Shown here: one piece after another, positions 20,958 to 31,658 of the stretch | Position numbering within the stretch: the first letter of the stretch is position 1 | How the letters are laid out: every line of letters starts with the position of its first letter | From: a bacterium | Lineage (GTDB): Bacteria; SM23-31 | Direction of reading: 5' to 3' | NCBI GenBank assembly: GCA_965249485.1 | Contig: OZ252239.1 | Span: forward strand, 2,752,001-2,816,000 | Length of the DNA: 64,000 bases | Notes under the pieces: generated by a model | The model's database searches: none | Seen by the model: the letters and a program-made list of their open reading frames with translations, nothing else | What the model was told of the DNA's origin: nothing | Program-made: the position numbers and the translations under genes

Positions 20958-22295
20958 TCATTTGTGTGAAACCTCGTGAAGATCATTTAAAACCAATGCC
21001 ATTGCTTCCGATTGTTTTTGGCGATTAAACTGTTCCAGTTTTTCGCTTTGAACATATTCACTCTTCTTGATAGTATTATGCTTTTTCTGAGACCACTGCA
21101 TGTAAATCCTGTAAATATATTCTGTTGTTTCAACAATATTATCTCCTGTCTGGAAGAAAACATCAGAAGCATATTCTTCCAATAATGACTGTGCCTCACC
21201 AGAAGGAATATGAGCAAGAATTGGTATATCTGTTGCCAAGTATTCAAAAAGTTTACTCGTTATAATACCCGGAGTTTCATTTTTGGTTATTGGGAATAGT
21301 AGCAAATTGCTATTTAGCATCTTTTCAATAGCCAGTTTATGCGGAAGATAACCGCACAGTTCTATGCATTCGCCTGAAAACGATTTTTCAAGTTCTTTTA
21401 TAAATTGTTTTTCTAACACGCTTCCGATTATTCTGATTCGAAGATTGTCTTTGATGTCAGGATTTAATTCGGTCAAACGTAAAATCACTGATATGAAGAC
21501 ATTGGGATTAGCCCATTCTGTCACGGTACCAGTAAAAGTAACAGTAAATTTTTTGTCATCTTTTATACTAAATGGAAAATCGGATAGATCAAAACCGTTA
21601 TAAATAAGATTGAGTTTTTCTTTCATTCCAGAGAATAATATATTCTGATATGAATACAAAGTATTAGAAATACATGTAACTTTATCTGCATTCTTAAGGG
21701 TTATTTTTTCCAATAATCTGTGTAATGAAAAATGTATCTTACTGTGGTGAGGTAAAAAATCATTACTTGTCCAGCCGTCTCTGAAATCGGCAATCCATGG
21801 TAATCGAAACGATTTTGCCAACAACAAACCAAGCAGGTGCGCGGAAAATGGAGGTCCTGTTGAAATAATTGCCTGAATATTGTCACGTTTCATGAGAAAC
21901 AATGCACGGAAAAACGCAAAAGGAATCCAAAGTATCTTAGAATCGGGTATAAGAATAAATCCTTCCAAGAAACGCAATACATTCTGCTTGCGAGACTTCT
22001 CTGTAAATGATCGCTTCTTCGCATTCTTCCGGGAAAACAAAAAACCTATTCTCAGTGGATCAAGAGAACCTGTCCGAACAATCTCAGCATTTTCACATTC
22101 TTCCAGTAATGATTCGTCACGTTGGTAGTAGAGTATATCTTTTACCGTAAGTACAGTGACATCCCAGTCGAATTGTGGCAGATAGCGGGCAAATTTCACT
22201 GCACGCTGGACTCCTCCCATTCCGCAAGGAGGAAAATAATACGAAATCAGCAGTACTCTTTTTTTGCTATTCAAAGGTTTATTCACTATGATCAA
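20958..22295 (-). CDS. Glycosyltransferase family 4
   Basis: SYYFPP.GMGGVQR, STGPPFSAH, WIADFRDGW, NGFD, SKLFEYLA. Confidence 0.88.
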   Translation of the reverse strand: MIIVNKPLNSKKRVLLISYYFPPCGMGGVQRAVKFARYLPQFDWDVTVLTVKDILYYQRDESLLEECENAEIVRTGSLDPLRIGFLFSRKNAKKRSFTEKSRKQNVLRFLEGFILIPDSKILWIPFAFFRALFLMKRDNIQAIISTGPPFSAHLLGLLLAKSFRLPWIADFRDGWTSNDFLPHHSKIHFSLHRLLEKITLKNADKVTCISNTLYSYQNILFSGMKEKLNLIYNGFDLSDFPFSIKDDKKFTVTFTGTVTEWANPNVFISVILRLTELNPDIKDNLRIRIIGSVLEKQFIKELEKSFSGECIELCGYLPHKLAIEKMLNSNLLLFPITKNETPGIITSKLFEYLATDIPILAHIPSGEAQSLLEEYASDVFFQTGDNIVETTEYIYRIYMQWSQKKHNTIKKSEYVQSEKLEQFNRQKQSEAMALVLNDLHEVSHK

Positions 22296-22499
22296 TTACA
22301 ATTTTATTGCAATAGTAGTGCTGTTTATCACAAAAATATAATAAACTTTGCAATAAAAAATAATAATTCTTTTTACACTACGATGGATACGTCTGGTAAG
22401 GAATAATTAAGGAGAATGCGTTTAGGTGGCAGGGCAAATACACTCTATGAACAAACTGACCATATTATTACCGTATTATAATAAAATCAATTTCAACGT

Positions 22500-24011
22500 T
22501 TAATCTTCAATGTCCATTTCAAATTCATCACTTAAAGAACTGAAAATATTGTCGACATAATCCCCGTATGAGGTTGAAATACCATTCATCTCCTTACTGA
22601 GAACTGAGTGCTGATGCAATCCTTCGAGCACAAATTCCATTACACTTCCAGCTTCTGCTTTATCATCAGGATTACTGATATTAATACTTTGAACGGCCAA
22701 CTCTTTTAAGTTTGTAACTGATTCCAATGCACTGAAATATGAATCAGTCGATAAATCATCAGATAAATCCAGTGTATTGCCTTGACCAAACCACAGTTTA
22801 ATTTTTTCGTATGCTCTGTTCGATTCCGATACCTCTGATTTTTTTGTGTACACTTTTGGGAAGTACATTGTAAACACTTCCTTAACAGCTTGTCCTATCA
22901 GAAGACGAGCAACATTAACGGCTCCTTCTTGCTCTCCTTCATACACCAATTCAATTTTTCCGACAATCGAAGGGACAACTGCTTCCAAATCACACATTCT
23001 TGGACAACAATCATGTTCTTTGAGAATAATGTTTCGCCGCTCGACATTGCTTATCAGGTTCTCCATGCAAGTAATCGGAAGGCGAGCACTCACACCCGAC
23101 TTCTGGTCAATAAATTCGCTATTTCGTGCTTGAACAGCTATAAACTCGATAATTTCCTTCATATACTGGGGTACGACAACAGGTTGCTCGTTATTTCGTT
23201 CTGTCCATGCCTCCTGCCCTGTAATTTTGATTCCGTCTTCGATGGAGCGTGGATAGTGTGTATGTATCTGGGAGGCAATTCTATCCCTGAGTGGAGTGAT
23301 AATATTTCCCCGGTTTGTATAGTCTTCCGGATTTGCTGTGTATACGATAAGAATATCCATTGGAATCCGTATGGGGAAACCTCTGATTTGAATATCTTTT
23401 TCCTGCATAATATTAAGAAGGCCAACCTGTATACGCTGCTGCAGGTCGGGTAATTCATTGATTGCAAATATTCCGCGGTTTGTTCTTGGAATAATTCCGT
23501 AATGTATTGTCCCCTCATGGGCATAATGCAGCTTTTGTGCAGCCGCCTTTATGGGATCGATGTCCCCGATCAAATCGGCAATGGATACATCAGGAGTAGC
23601 CAGCTTTTCTGCGTAACGCTGTTCACGAGGAAGCCAGGCAACAGGTAAATCATCACCCAGCTCTTTGTGTAATTCGTGACACCGTTTACACACTGGTATA
23701 TAGGGATTGTCGTTAATTTCACACCCTTCGATGATAGGAATTGACTCATCAAGTAAATTGATCAGTTCACGAAGAATTTTGCTTTTAGCCTGGCCCCGCA
23801 ATCCCAGAAAAATAAAGTCATGATTTGATAAAATTGCATTCTGAATCTGTGGAATCACTGTCTCATCATAACCCACTATCTTGGGAAAGAGCGTCTCATT
23901 ATTCTTCATTTTTGTGATGAGATTATTACGGAGTTCCTCTTTAACCGAAATAACAGCATAGCCGGTCTTTTTCAAATCCTTCAGTGTTTTGGGGCTTGTA
24001 TCAATTTTCAT
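22500..24011 (-). CDS. AAA+ ATPase (Mg-chelatase ChlI-like / sigma54-interaction-type domain)
   Basis: Walker A variant GLRGQAKS, Walker B AINELPDL, ANPEDYTNRG.IITPL.DRI. Confidence 0.85.
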   Translation of the reverse strand: MKIDTSPKTLKDLKKTGYAVISVKEELRNNLITKMKNNETLFPKIVGYDETVIPQIQNAILSNHDFIFLGLRGQAKSKILRELINLLDESIPIIEGCEINDNPYIPVCKRCHELHKELGDDLPVAWLPREQRYAEKLATPDVSIADLIGDIDPIKAAAQKLHYAHEGTIHYGIIPRTNRGIFAINELPDLQQRIQVGLLNIMQEKDIQIRGFPIRIPMDILIVYTANPEDYTNRGNIITPLRDRIASQIHTHYPRSIEDGIKITGQEAWTERNNEQPVVVPQYMKEIIEFIAVQARNSEFIDQKSGVSARLPITCMENLISNVERRNIILKEHDCCPRMCDLEAVVPSIVGKIELVYEGEQEGAVNVARLLIGQAVKEVFTMYFPKVYTKKSEVSESNRAYEKIKLWFGQGNTLDLSDDLSTDSYFSALESVTNLKELAVQSINISNPDDKAEAGSVMEFVLEGLHQHSVLSKEMNGISTSYGDYVDNIFSSLSDEFEMDIED

Positions 24012-25096
24012 TTTACTCTGCGCTTCCTATTGCGTATATAATCAACAAATATAAATTCACTTAAATCTTTGAGCGATGCAAAAAACGCTCTTCCCTGATT
24101 TACACTCGTTAATTTTTCGACAAAATTTTGCAAATGGGGATCCTGGGCAATCATGAAGGTCGAAATGACAACTTTATCTTTTCGGCACGCCGCTGCTTCA
24201 TTTAACGTCTGATTCACAATCAGCGGATCTAAACCCCAAGAATTTTTGTATAACTTGCCTTGATGAAAAATTGCTGACGGTTTACCATCGGTTATCATAA
24301 AGATTTGCTTATTAGTTGTTTTCTGCCTATTTAAAATATCCCTGGCCAGACGAAGTCCAGCTTTGGTATTCGTATGGAAAGGACCGACCGATAATAGAGG
24401 CAAATCACTTACCGAAATCTCTTTTGCGTTGTCTCCAAAAACACAGACACTGAGATTGTCTCTGGGAAATTGGGTCATAATGAGTTCTGATAAAGCAAGT
24501 GCAACTTGTTTTGCGGGAGTTATTCTGTCTTCACCATAAAGAATCATACTATGACTAATGTCGACGAGTAGTACAGTCGCACAAGTGACGGAATTTTCTG
24601 TTTCATACGAAACAAGGTCATTTTCTTCAAAATGGAAGGCGTCTATCCCATGATTTCTGAGAGCATTATTAAGTGATGAAGTTATATCAAGGTTGGTAAT
24701 GTTATCGCCGAATTCATACGGACGTGTCTCATTTGCCTTCTCAATATCTTTCCCAGGGTTGGGTATGAGATGATCACCATAAAAATCGGGCTTAAGTGAG
24801 CTGAAAATTTGCCGTAACGAGTCCTTTCGAATCCTTTGAGACCCTTTAGAGGTTAGAGAAAATCGATCTATGTTTCGCTTTATAAATCCTTCTTCTTCCA
24901 GACGATTGAGAAAATCTTCGAAATCAATTCCGAATTGGAATAGACTGTACTTATTATTAAGTTGTTGCATCCATTCCAGTGCCTCTTCAACATTTCCGCT
25001 AAGTTGAAGCAAAAGCTGGTTGAATATATTGAGGAGATCGTCAAAATGAAGATTACTAAGCTCTTTGCCGTTCCATTTTGTGTATCTGAAACGCAT
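24008..25096 (-). CDS. VWA-domain protein, partner of the AAA+ ATPase
   Basis: MIDAS DISHS, HTNT, ITDGKP; stop overlaps the ATPase start (ATGA). Confidence 0.85.
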   Translation of the reverse strand: MRFRYTKWNGKELSNLHFDDLLNIFNQLLLQLSGNVEEALEWMQQLNNKYSLFQFGIDFEDFLNRLEEEGFIKRNIDRFSLTSKGSQRIRKDSLRQIFSSLKPDFYGDHLIPNPGKDIEKANETRPYEFGDNITNLDITSSLNNALRNHGIDAFHFEENDLVSYETENSVTCATVLLVDISHSMILYGEDRITPAKQVALALSELIMTQFPRDNLSVCVFGDNAKEISVSDLPLLSVGPFHTNTKAGLRLARDILNRQKTTNKQIFMITDGKPSAIFHQGKLYKNSWGLDPLIVNQTLNEAAACRKDKVVISTFMIAQDPHLQNFVEKLTSVNQGRAFFASLKDLSEFIFVDYIRNRKRRVK

Positions 25097-25413
25097 ATAT
25101 ATATAATATTCCTTGAAATTTGTACTAATCACAGGCATCCACAAACTTGCAGAATTCTGTACGTAAATTATCTTATGGAATTGTCTGAAACAGTCAGGAA
25201 TACTGCGTAAAACTGCTCTATCATAATTGTTTCACCACTAAAAAGCCACAAATCTATAAACAAAAGTGTGCTACATTGCCCTTCATAGCACAACACAATA
25301 TTAAAGTGATGTTATGCAAGTTTAGTTCCCAATATCACGGTAATACTTTACAATTAATCCGATGATTGATTTGGTACTTTCGGCATATCTTGCAGTATCG
25401 TGTCAAGATTGTA

Positions 25414-26187
25414 CTACTTTTTGAGAATCGCTGCCATTGCCTTTGCAATTCGAATAGTATGGCCAGCGTGGCAATTGTTAAAAAGGAGTATGTTATTGAC
25501 GTTTTTCTGTTAATTTCCCGTATTTGTTCTATCCAATCTACAAGCTCCTGTTCAGTGTAAAGATAATCGCACCTGTCACCTTTCGATGAATCCCACCATG
25601 TTTTACTGTTTCTTCCGTGAAACCTGACTTAACCTGTGTCTCCGGTTGTTATATCCTGTACAGGTAGTAAATCCCTGCAGTAACGGTTCATCCACACAGC
25701 AGTAGCCCATGTTCAGCATTCGGCAATATTCATTGTTTGCAGGTTTTATCCAGGAAGAATTTCTGAATTCAATAAACAGAGGAATATCTCCGTAATTTTC
25801 TTTGATTTTATCCAGACAGAGTCTGTTTACTTTGGTATTTTTAAACGAATAGGGAAAATGCGCAAAAAAACCAGAGAGTTTACCTGCCGCTTTTAAAGGT
25901 TAAGTATGCTTATGTAGCACTTTAAGTGAATCGTTGTAATTCTCTATTTCATCGGTTACTTCCTTGTGAACTTTAACAATATATTCAAAATTTTGAGAGG
26001 TCTTTTCATCCAAAGTGTCGAACACTTTTTGAGCTGGAATACGGAAATAAGTCGAATTTATTTCTACAGTATCAAATTTGTAGACATAAAAGGAAGACCA
26101 TCGCGTTTCATTGGTACCCGGTAGGTAAAAGACACCCGTCCAGTCTACAAAACTGAATCTCGAAGTGCTAAATTTGACAATTCCCAT
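25414..26187 (-). pseudogene. DUF72-family pseudogene
   Basis: W.GVFY, FDTVEINSTYF, FPYSF, IEFRN.SW, VDEP, VRFHGRN, DYLY...EL..W, FFNN.H; TAA at 25900, frameshift near 25670, TAA near 25630. Confidence 0.85.
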
Positions 26188-26198
26188 GAACACCACCA

Positions 26199-26238
26199 CA
26201 AAAAAAACCGGGAAGCGATTACCTCGTATCCCGGTTTC
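26199..26238 (-). terminator. Intrinsic terminator after the TPR gene
   Basis: AAACCGGGA...TCCCGGTTTTTTTT on the minus strand. Confidence 0.75.
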
Positions 26239-26252
26239 TAAGAATTTTCATA

Positions 26253-26927
26253 TCATTGTCGTGCAAGAATAACTTCAGCTTCACGTGCTGCGCTGGAATT
26301 AGGAAAATTGCTGATGATATTCTGGCATTGTACAAAAGCATCATTATCATTGCCTGTCAGCAGAAGTGTTCTCACAGCACCCAGCATATTATCCGGAGTG
26401 ATAAATTCATTCGGATAATCATTTGCAGACTGCAGGTAATACTGAATGGCTTTATCAAAATTTTCGAGCTGTTCATTGCATGCTGCAATACCTGCAAGAG
26501 CAGAGCTGCTTAAAAAATCCGTCGATTTATATTGGTCAATATATATTTGATAGTATTTTTCGGCATTTACAAAATCGCCAAGAAAATAGTATGCATTCCC
26601 GAGGTAAATTGAGGCGGTTCCTGCGCTGAGTGTACCGTTATGTTGCTCAATCAGTTCCTGCAATTCCTGAATCAATTGCGTATTATAAATTCTTTTTTCA
26701 ATATATTCAAATTCGAGCGCATAGAGCTTTGACGATGCTTCCTGCTCCTGTGTTATACTTCTCTGATAAAGAACAAATCCTAGCAAAACGATTACAAGTG
26801 CGGATCCTGCTACAACAGCAAGCCGTTTCCACTCTGTTTCAAGATATGTTTGAACTTTTACAACAGTTGTGAGAAGCTTATCCTCTTTGAGTTGTTTTTT
26901 TGTCAGCCTTTTACGTGGTTTCAGCAT
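26253..26927 (-). CDS. Membrane-anchored TPR protein (YfgM-like)
   Basis: Basic N-terminus LKEDK, single TM, TPR repeats (YLGNAYYFLGDF..AEKYY). Confidence 0.8.
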   Translation of the reverse strand: MLKPRKRLTKKQLKEDKLLTTVVKVQTYLETEWKRLAVVAGSALVIVLLGFVLYQRSITQEQEASSKLYALEFEYIEKRIYNTQLIQELQELIEQHNGTLSAGTASIYLGNAYYFLGDFVNAEKYYQIYIDQYKSTDFLSSSALAGIAACNEQLENFDKAIQYYLQSANDYPNEFITPDNMLGAVRTLLLTGNDNDAFVQCQNIISNFPNSSAAREAEVILARQ

Positions 26928-27014
26928 TTTCGTTCCCGTTCACATTAACAATATTTTTACCGGCGTAAATGTACAAGTATTTCAATCAAAAGAAAAGGAC
27001 AATTTATACAATTT

Positions 27015-27503
27015 TTACTTTTTCAGAGACTTCATTAAACCTGACATCTCTAATAGGGTCAATGCTGCTTCCCACCCTTTGTTGCCTGATTTAGTACCTG
27101 CCCTATTTATAGCCTGCTCAACCGTATCGGTTGTCAGCACACCATACACTACCGGTAAATCCGATTGAATGCCGACCTGTGCAATCCCTTTTGTCGTTTC
27201 AGCAGCAATATAATCAAAATGGGGTGTTTCTCCACGAATGACCGCTCCGAGACAGATCATCCCATCAAAATTGCCCTTCTTGGCTACGGATTGTGCCATT
27301 TGCGCTATTTCAAACGATCCAGGCACCCAGAACACCTCTACGGCATTCAAGTCCGTAAAATGCTGTTCTAAACAATCAAGAGCCCCTTTGAGCAGGCTGT
27401 TCGTAATAAATTCATTGAATCTACTGATCACAATTGCAATTTTTAAATTTTTACCGGTGATTTTCCCTTTATGTACTTGAACCACAGCAACCTCCAATGT
27501 CAT
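27015..27503 (-). CDS. ribH: 6,7-dimethyl-8-ribityllumazine synthase
   Basis: SRFNEFIT, VPGSFEI, GAVIRGETPHFDY, GNKGWEAA. Confidence 0.96.
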   Translation of the reverse strand: MTLEVAVVQVHKGKITGKNLKIAIVISRFNEFITNSLLKGALDCLEQHFTDLNAVEVFWVPGSFEIAQMAQSVAKKGNFDGMICLGAVIRGETPHFDYIAAETTKGIAQVGIQSDLPVVYGVLTTDTVEQAINRAGTKSGNKGWEAALTLLEMSGLMKSLKK

Positions 27504-27538
27504 TATTTTTCTATATCTTACACGTTATAATCAAATAC

Positions 27539-28774
27539 TCAAGGCAGTTTTTCAAGAATAAAGTGACCGAGTTTATCCCGTTTTGTTTTTAGATACTTTT
27601 CATTTACATAATTCGGTGGAATCTCTATTGGCACCCGGTCAACAACTTCGAGACCATATCCCTGTAGTCCAACAATTTTTCTCGGATTATTAGTAATTAG
27701 ACGCATCTTTCGCACGTTGAGGTCATACAGAATCTGCGCACCGATACCATAATCACGTAAATCGGGCTTGAATCCCAGTTCTTCGTTTGCTTCTACAGTA
27801 TCCATACCCTTTTCCTGCAGCTCATATGCCATAATCTTACTTGCCAATCCGATACCTCTGCCTTCCTGTCTCATATAAAGCAAGAGACCATTACCTTCTT
27901 TTTCTATCTGACGTAAAGCCCGGTGAAGTTGTTTTCCGCAGTCACATCGGAGGGAACCCAGTGAGTCACCAGTTAAGCATTCCGAATGAACACGCACAAG
28001 TACTGGCTCATCCGGATTTATTTCACCCTTGATCAAGGCAATGACATAATCTCCATCATTAATATTTTTGTAAAGCACCAATCTGAATGTACCGAAAATT
28101 GAAGGAAAGTCTACTTCTGACTCTTTCTTCACCAGTTTTTCATTACGCCTTCTATATTCAATAATGTCAGTAATCGAAATGATTTTCAGATCAAGCTCTT
28201 TCGCTATTTCAAATAATCTCGGCAGCCTCGCCATTGAACCATCTTCATCCATAATTTCACAAAGCACACCGGACGGATCTAAGCCGGCAAGACGTGCAAG
28301 GTCAACTGCTGCTTCTGTATGCCCTGCTCTCCGTAAAACACCACCAGTCTTGGAGCGAAGTGGAAAGATATGTCCCGGACGCGCTAGATCATTGGGTTTA
28401 CATTCAGGATCGATCGCGGTAAGGATTGTGCTTGCTCTGTCAAATGTGGATGTTCCTGTAGTCGTATGGTATTTCGCATCAATTGACACAGTAAACGGCG
28501 TATTGTGTAATGCCGTATTCCTGTCTACCATTAAATCGAGCTGTAATTCATCTGTACGCTTACTTGTCAAAGCGAGACAGATAATGCCTCTCCCCCGGCT
28601 CGCCATATTATTAATGATATCTGGCGTCACTTTTTCTGCAGCACAGATAAAATCCCCTTCGTTCTCGCGATCTTCATCATCGACAACAATGACAATCTTT
28701 CCATCATTAATGTCCTTAATTGCATCATCAATCGAATTGAATTGTTCTTCAAGCTGTTCATTCGTATCTGTCAT
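27539..28774 (-). CDS. ribBA: Bifunctional DHBP synthase / GTP cyclohydrolase II
   Basis: [27 protein letters not shown]...[13 protein letters not shown]. Confidence 0.96.
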   Translation of the reverse strand: MTDTNEQLEEQFNSIDDAIKDINDGKIVIVVDDEDRENEGDFICAAEKVTPDIINNMASRGRGIICLALTSKRTDELQLDLMVDRNTALHNTPFTVSIDAKYHTTTGTSTFDRASTILTAIDPECKPNDLARPGHIFPLRSKTGGVLRRAGHTEAAVDLARLAGLDPSGVLCEIMDEDGSMARLPRLFEIAKELDLKIISITDIIEYRRRNEKLVKKESEVDFPSIFGTFRLVLYKNINDGDYVIALIKGEINPDEPVLVRVHSECLTGDSLGSLRCDCGKQLHRALRQIEKEGNGLLLYMRQEGRGIGLASKIMAYELQEKGMDTVEANEELGFKPDLRDYGIGAQILYDLNVRKMRLITNNPRKIVGLQGYGLEVVDRVPIEIPPNYVNEKYLKTKRDKLGHFILEKLP

Positions 28775-28888
28775 TAAGATTTCTCACTTTTCTTCGGATT
28801 TTTTACTTTTACTTTATGTTTATTATATCGAATCCCGATTTTCAGGACAAAATTGACATAACCCAGTTCCGAATTCTATAAATTTTTA

Positions 28889-29521
28889 CTATGTATACAT
28901 ACTCATAAATGAAACCTGATTATCCCTTTGACCGGTTTTATTTTGAAATTGTGCGACATATTTTCCAATAATGTCGGTTTCAATATTGACACGATCACCG
29001 GCATTTTTTGATCCTAAAGTAGTTAATTTCAGCGTTAATGGTATCAAAGCGACCGACACAACTGTCTCATTGACATCAGCCACTGTCAAGCTTATTCCGT
29101 CGAGAGCAATTGAACCTTTTTTGACAACACTTCCCAAAAATTCCTTCGGCAGTTGTACCGAAATTATAATATTACCACCCGATTTTTCATACCGTGTAAT
29201 TTCGGCTGTACCGTCAATGTGTCCCTGAACAAAATGGCCATCAAACCTGTCGAAAACTCTCAGCGCTTTCTCAAGGTTAACAACATCTCCTTTTTTTATT
29301 GCCGACAAGGTTGATTTAGACAATGTCTCCTTTATAACATCTACCAAAAATGAATTATTTTTCATTTCAATTACCGTCAAACAGACACCATTTACCGCAA
29401 TACTGCTTCCAATCTTCACATCATCGAGAAAGTTTTTAACTGAAATCGCTAATTTCGAACCGTGAGTATTATTTGCGACTGATTCAACAATACCGGTTGT
29501 TTCAATTATTCCTGTAAACAT
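28889..29521 (-). CDS. ribE: Riboflavin synthase (alpha chain)
   Basis: MFTGII, SIAVNGVCLTV, GHFVQGHID, GSIALDGISLT. Confidence 0.95.
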   Translation of the reverse strand: MFTGIIETTGIVESVANNTHGSKLAISVKNFLDDVKIGSSIAVNGVCLTVIEMKNNSFLVDVIKETLSKSTLSAIKKGDVVNLEKALRVFDRFDGHFVQGHIDGTAEITRYEKSGGNIIISVQLPKEFLGSVVKKGSIALDGISLTVADVNETVVSVALIPLTLKLTTLGSKNAGDRVNIETDIIGKYVAQFQNKTGQRDNQVSFMSMYT

Positions 29522-29524
29522 TAT

Positions 29525-30616
29525 CTATTGATTCCTCAAATAAACTGGCGTTCCTGACAGTAATATATCATCACCTAACATTTTTTTTGTGATATTATTG
29601 AGTTTTACGTAGTCTCCGTTAACGGTGAAATTTGATATTCCGTTTAAACCGCTGCCAAATATAAGAGGTGAAATTACGATTTTGACTGAATCAACCAAAC
29701 GACCGTATAAAAAACTCGTAAAAACATGAGCCCCTCCTTCTACTAGAACCGAACTGATAGAGCGTTTACCCAGCATTGTAAGTAATTCCTGAATATTCAC
29801 CATGCCGGTATTGTTTTTATTAATGCAAAGAATTTCTACACCCATTCTTTCAAAAAACTGAATGCGTTCCCGATCTTGTGATGCAGTTGCTATAATAATT
29901 TTCCCCAAATTAAGCGTACCAAACAAACTTAATGACTCCGGACATTCCAAATGAGTATCCAAAATAATTCTTACCGGTGTTTTACCACGGGCAAATCGTG
30001 TTGTCAGTAAAGGATCGTCAATTTGTGCCGTATCTTTTCCGATTATAACCGCATCGTGTTCTGCTCTTAATGTGTGAACATAGCGCAATGCTTTATCTGA
30101 CGATATTTGAGTTCGGACATTTTCTTTTCGGGAAATTTTTCCATCGAGTGTCTGGGCGATTTTGATTGTAACATATGGCATACCTGTTGTAATATATTTA
30201 ATAAACATAACATTCAACGCTTCACATTCATTAACCGATACACCTGTTGTAACTTCAATAGAATTGTTCTGCAGCATTGCAATACCTTTACCATTTACCT
30301 TTGGATTGGGATCTTTCATACCGATTACAACCCGCTTGATACCTCCATTAATAATCGCTCCAACACAAGGAGGTGTCTTACCGGTATGTGAACATGGTTC
30401 TAAATTGCAGTAAAGTGTTCCGCCAATTGCGGCTGAACCAGCATTTCTCAACGCATTTACTTCAGCGTGACTGCCGCCGAATTCCTTATGATACCCGGAG
30501 CCTACTATAACATCGTTGCTAACAATAACAGACCCAACCAAAGGATTGGGCCTTACTTTTCCAATTCCTTTTCGTGCAAGCTTCAGCACATATTGCATAT
30601 AGTCATAATCACCCAT
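29525..30616 (-). CDS. ribD: Bifunctional pyrimidine deaminase/reductase RibD
   Basis: PNPLVG, HAE, LEPCSH.GKTPPC, DPNPKV, DDPLLT, VEGG. Confidence 0.95.
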   Translation of the reverse strand: MGDYDYMQYVLKLARKGIGKVRPNPLVGSVIVSNDVIVGSGYHKEFGGSHAEVNALRNAGSAAIGGTLYCNLEPCSHTGKTPPCVGAIINGGIKRVVIGMKDPNPKVNGKGIAMLQNNSIEVTTGVSVNECEALNVMFIKYITTGMPYVTIKIAQTLDGKISRKENVRTQISSDKALRYVHTLRAEHDAVIIGKDTAQIDDPLLTTRFARGKTPVRIILDTHLECPESLSLFGTLNLGKIIIATASQDRERIQFFERMGVEILCINKNNTGMVNIQELLTMLGKRSISSVLVEGGAHVFTSFLYGRLVDSVKIVISPLIFGSGLNGISNFTVNGDYVKLNNITKKMLGDDILLSGTPVYLRNQ

Positions 30617-30619
30617 AAA

Positions 30620-30651
30620 CAAAAAAACCCGAAGTAGCTATACTTCGGGGC
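30620..30651 (-). terminator. Riboswitch-controlled intrinsic terminator (expression platform)
   Basis: CCCGAAGTA-TAGC-TACTTCGGG-TTTTTTT just before the ribD ATG; its 5' arm GCCCCGAAG is complementary to aptamer P1 CTTCGGGGC. Confidence 0.8.
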
Positions 30652-30678
30652 ACGTCAGGTATACAATACACCTTACCT

Positions 30679-30802
30679 GCTCTATCTTCTCCCATCCGGA
30701 CTGTAACCGTCGGCATCGGAATTTCACCGATTCCTGCTGCAGATGCAGCTCGCGGGCTATAACCGCCGGTCGGGATTTTCACCCGGCCCCGAAGATAGAA
30801 AC
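30679..30802 (-). ncRNA. FMN riboswitch (RFN element)
   Basis: TCTTCGGGGCCGGGTGAAAATCCCGACCGGCGGT...AGCCCGCGAG...GGTGAAATTCCGATGCCGACGGTTACAGTCCGGATGGGAGAAGA upstream of ribD. Confidence 0.96.
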
Positions 30803-30915
30803 ACAATTAATAAACTTTGTAATAAAGGTACAAATTTATGTGCAATTATTCAAGCAAAAATTCTTGTGTCAAATGTTAATCCGGATTATAGTTCACTCTT
30901 AATGGGAGTTGATCA

Positions 30916-31641
30916 TTACCGAGTCATGAGTTTAAATATTCTCTCAAACGATTTTAATGTATCGGTATCAAAATCAAATTTCATATCTCTGCCTTCTCTC
31001 GATTTGGACAGAAGATAGTCACCATATAACCGGATACGCTCCAGATCGGGAATCTCAAGCATACCAGTGCCCCCTTTTATACTAACAAAATTCACCAAAT
31101 TAAATCTCTTGAGCCATACATCAACTTCATCAAAATCAATCCCGACGGTGTATTTAATATCACCTCTTAAAACATCAACGGGAATGATTGCTCCTTTCTT
31201 TGTCGGTGTACCGGACATTTCACTCATATGGTGAATACATTTTAGAATTGTGAAATCAAGGCCAACCTTATACGTTCCCTTTACGCCTTTTGAAGTCGTT
31301 TTAATCCTATTTGCAATGGTATTGATCATCGTCACAAGCCATTCGGGGATCTTATTAAACTGGGTAATAAGCATCTTCTTGGTAACAACAATCACTTCCG
31401 ACTTTACAGCAGCACGAACTGCAGCAGTTCGTTTATTGTCTCCGAATAGAGCCATCTCACCAAAAAAATCTTTCGGGCCGAGCGTGGCAACTTTCATTTC
31501 AGTCCCTCCCATTTCTTTGAGGACTTCTATCTTCCCGGAACGAATGATATACATATCATAACCGCTGTCACCTTCTTTACAGATGTATTCACCAGCTTCG
31601 AATGATTCAACTAAAGATCTTGCTTTCTGTTTTTCACCCAT
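30916..31641 (-). CDS. Cyclic-nucleotide-binding protein (Crp/Fnr-like) with a divergent C-terminal domain
   Basis: ICKEGD...MYIIRSG, FFGEMALF...RTAAVRA. Confidence 0.8.
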   Translation of the reverse strand: MGEKQKARSLVESFEAGEYICKEGDSGYDMYIIRSGKIEVLKEMGGTEMKVATLGPKDFFGEMALFGDNKRTAAVRAAVKSEVIVVTKKMLITQFNKIPEWLVTMINTIANRIKTTSKGVKGTYKVGLDFTILKCIHHMSEMSGTPTKKGAIIPVDVLRGDIKYTVGIDFDEVDVWLKRFNLVNFVSIKGGTGMLEIPDLERIRLYGDYLLSKSREGRDMKFDFDTDTLKSFERIFKLMTR

Positions 31642-31658
31642 TACAGTCCATCTCTTAT

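Noticed and set aside
28164..28856. Long antisense ORFs (also 38110-38751, 22890-23453, 43408-43872, 1021-1473)
   Set aside because: Shadows of well-conserved genes on the opposite strand, with no recognisable motifs
30609..30806. 65-aa ORF upstream of ribD
   Set aside because: Coincides with the FMN riboswitch
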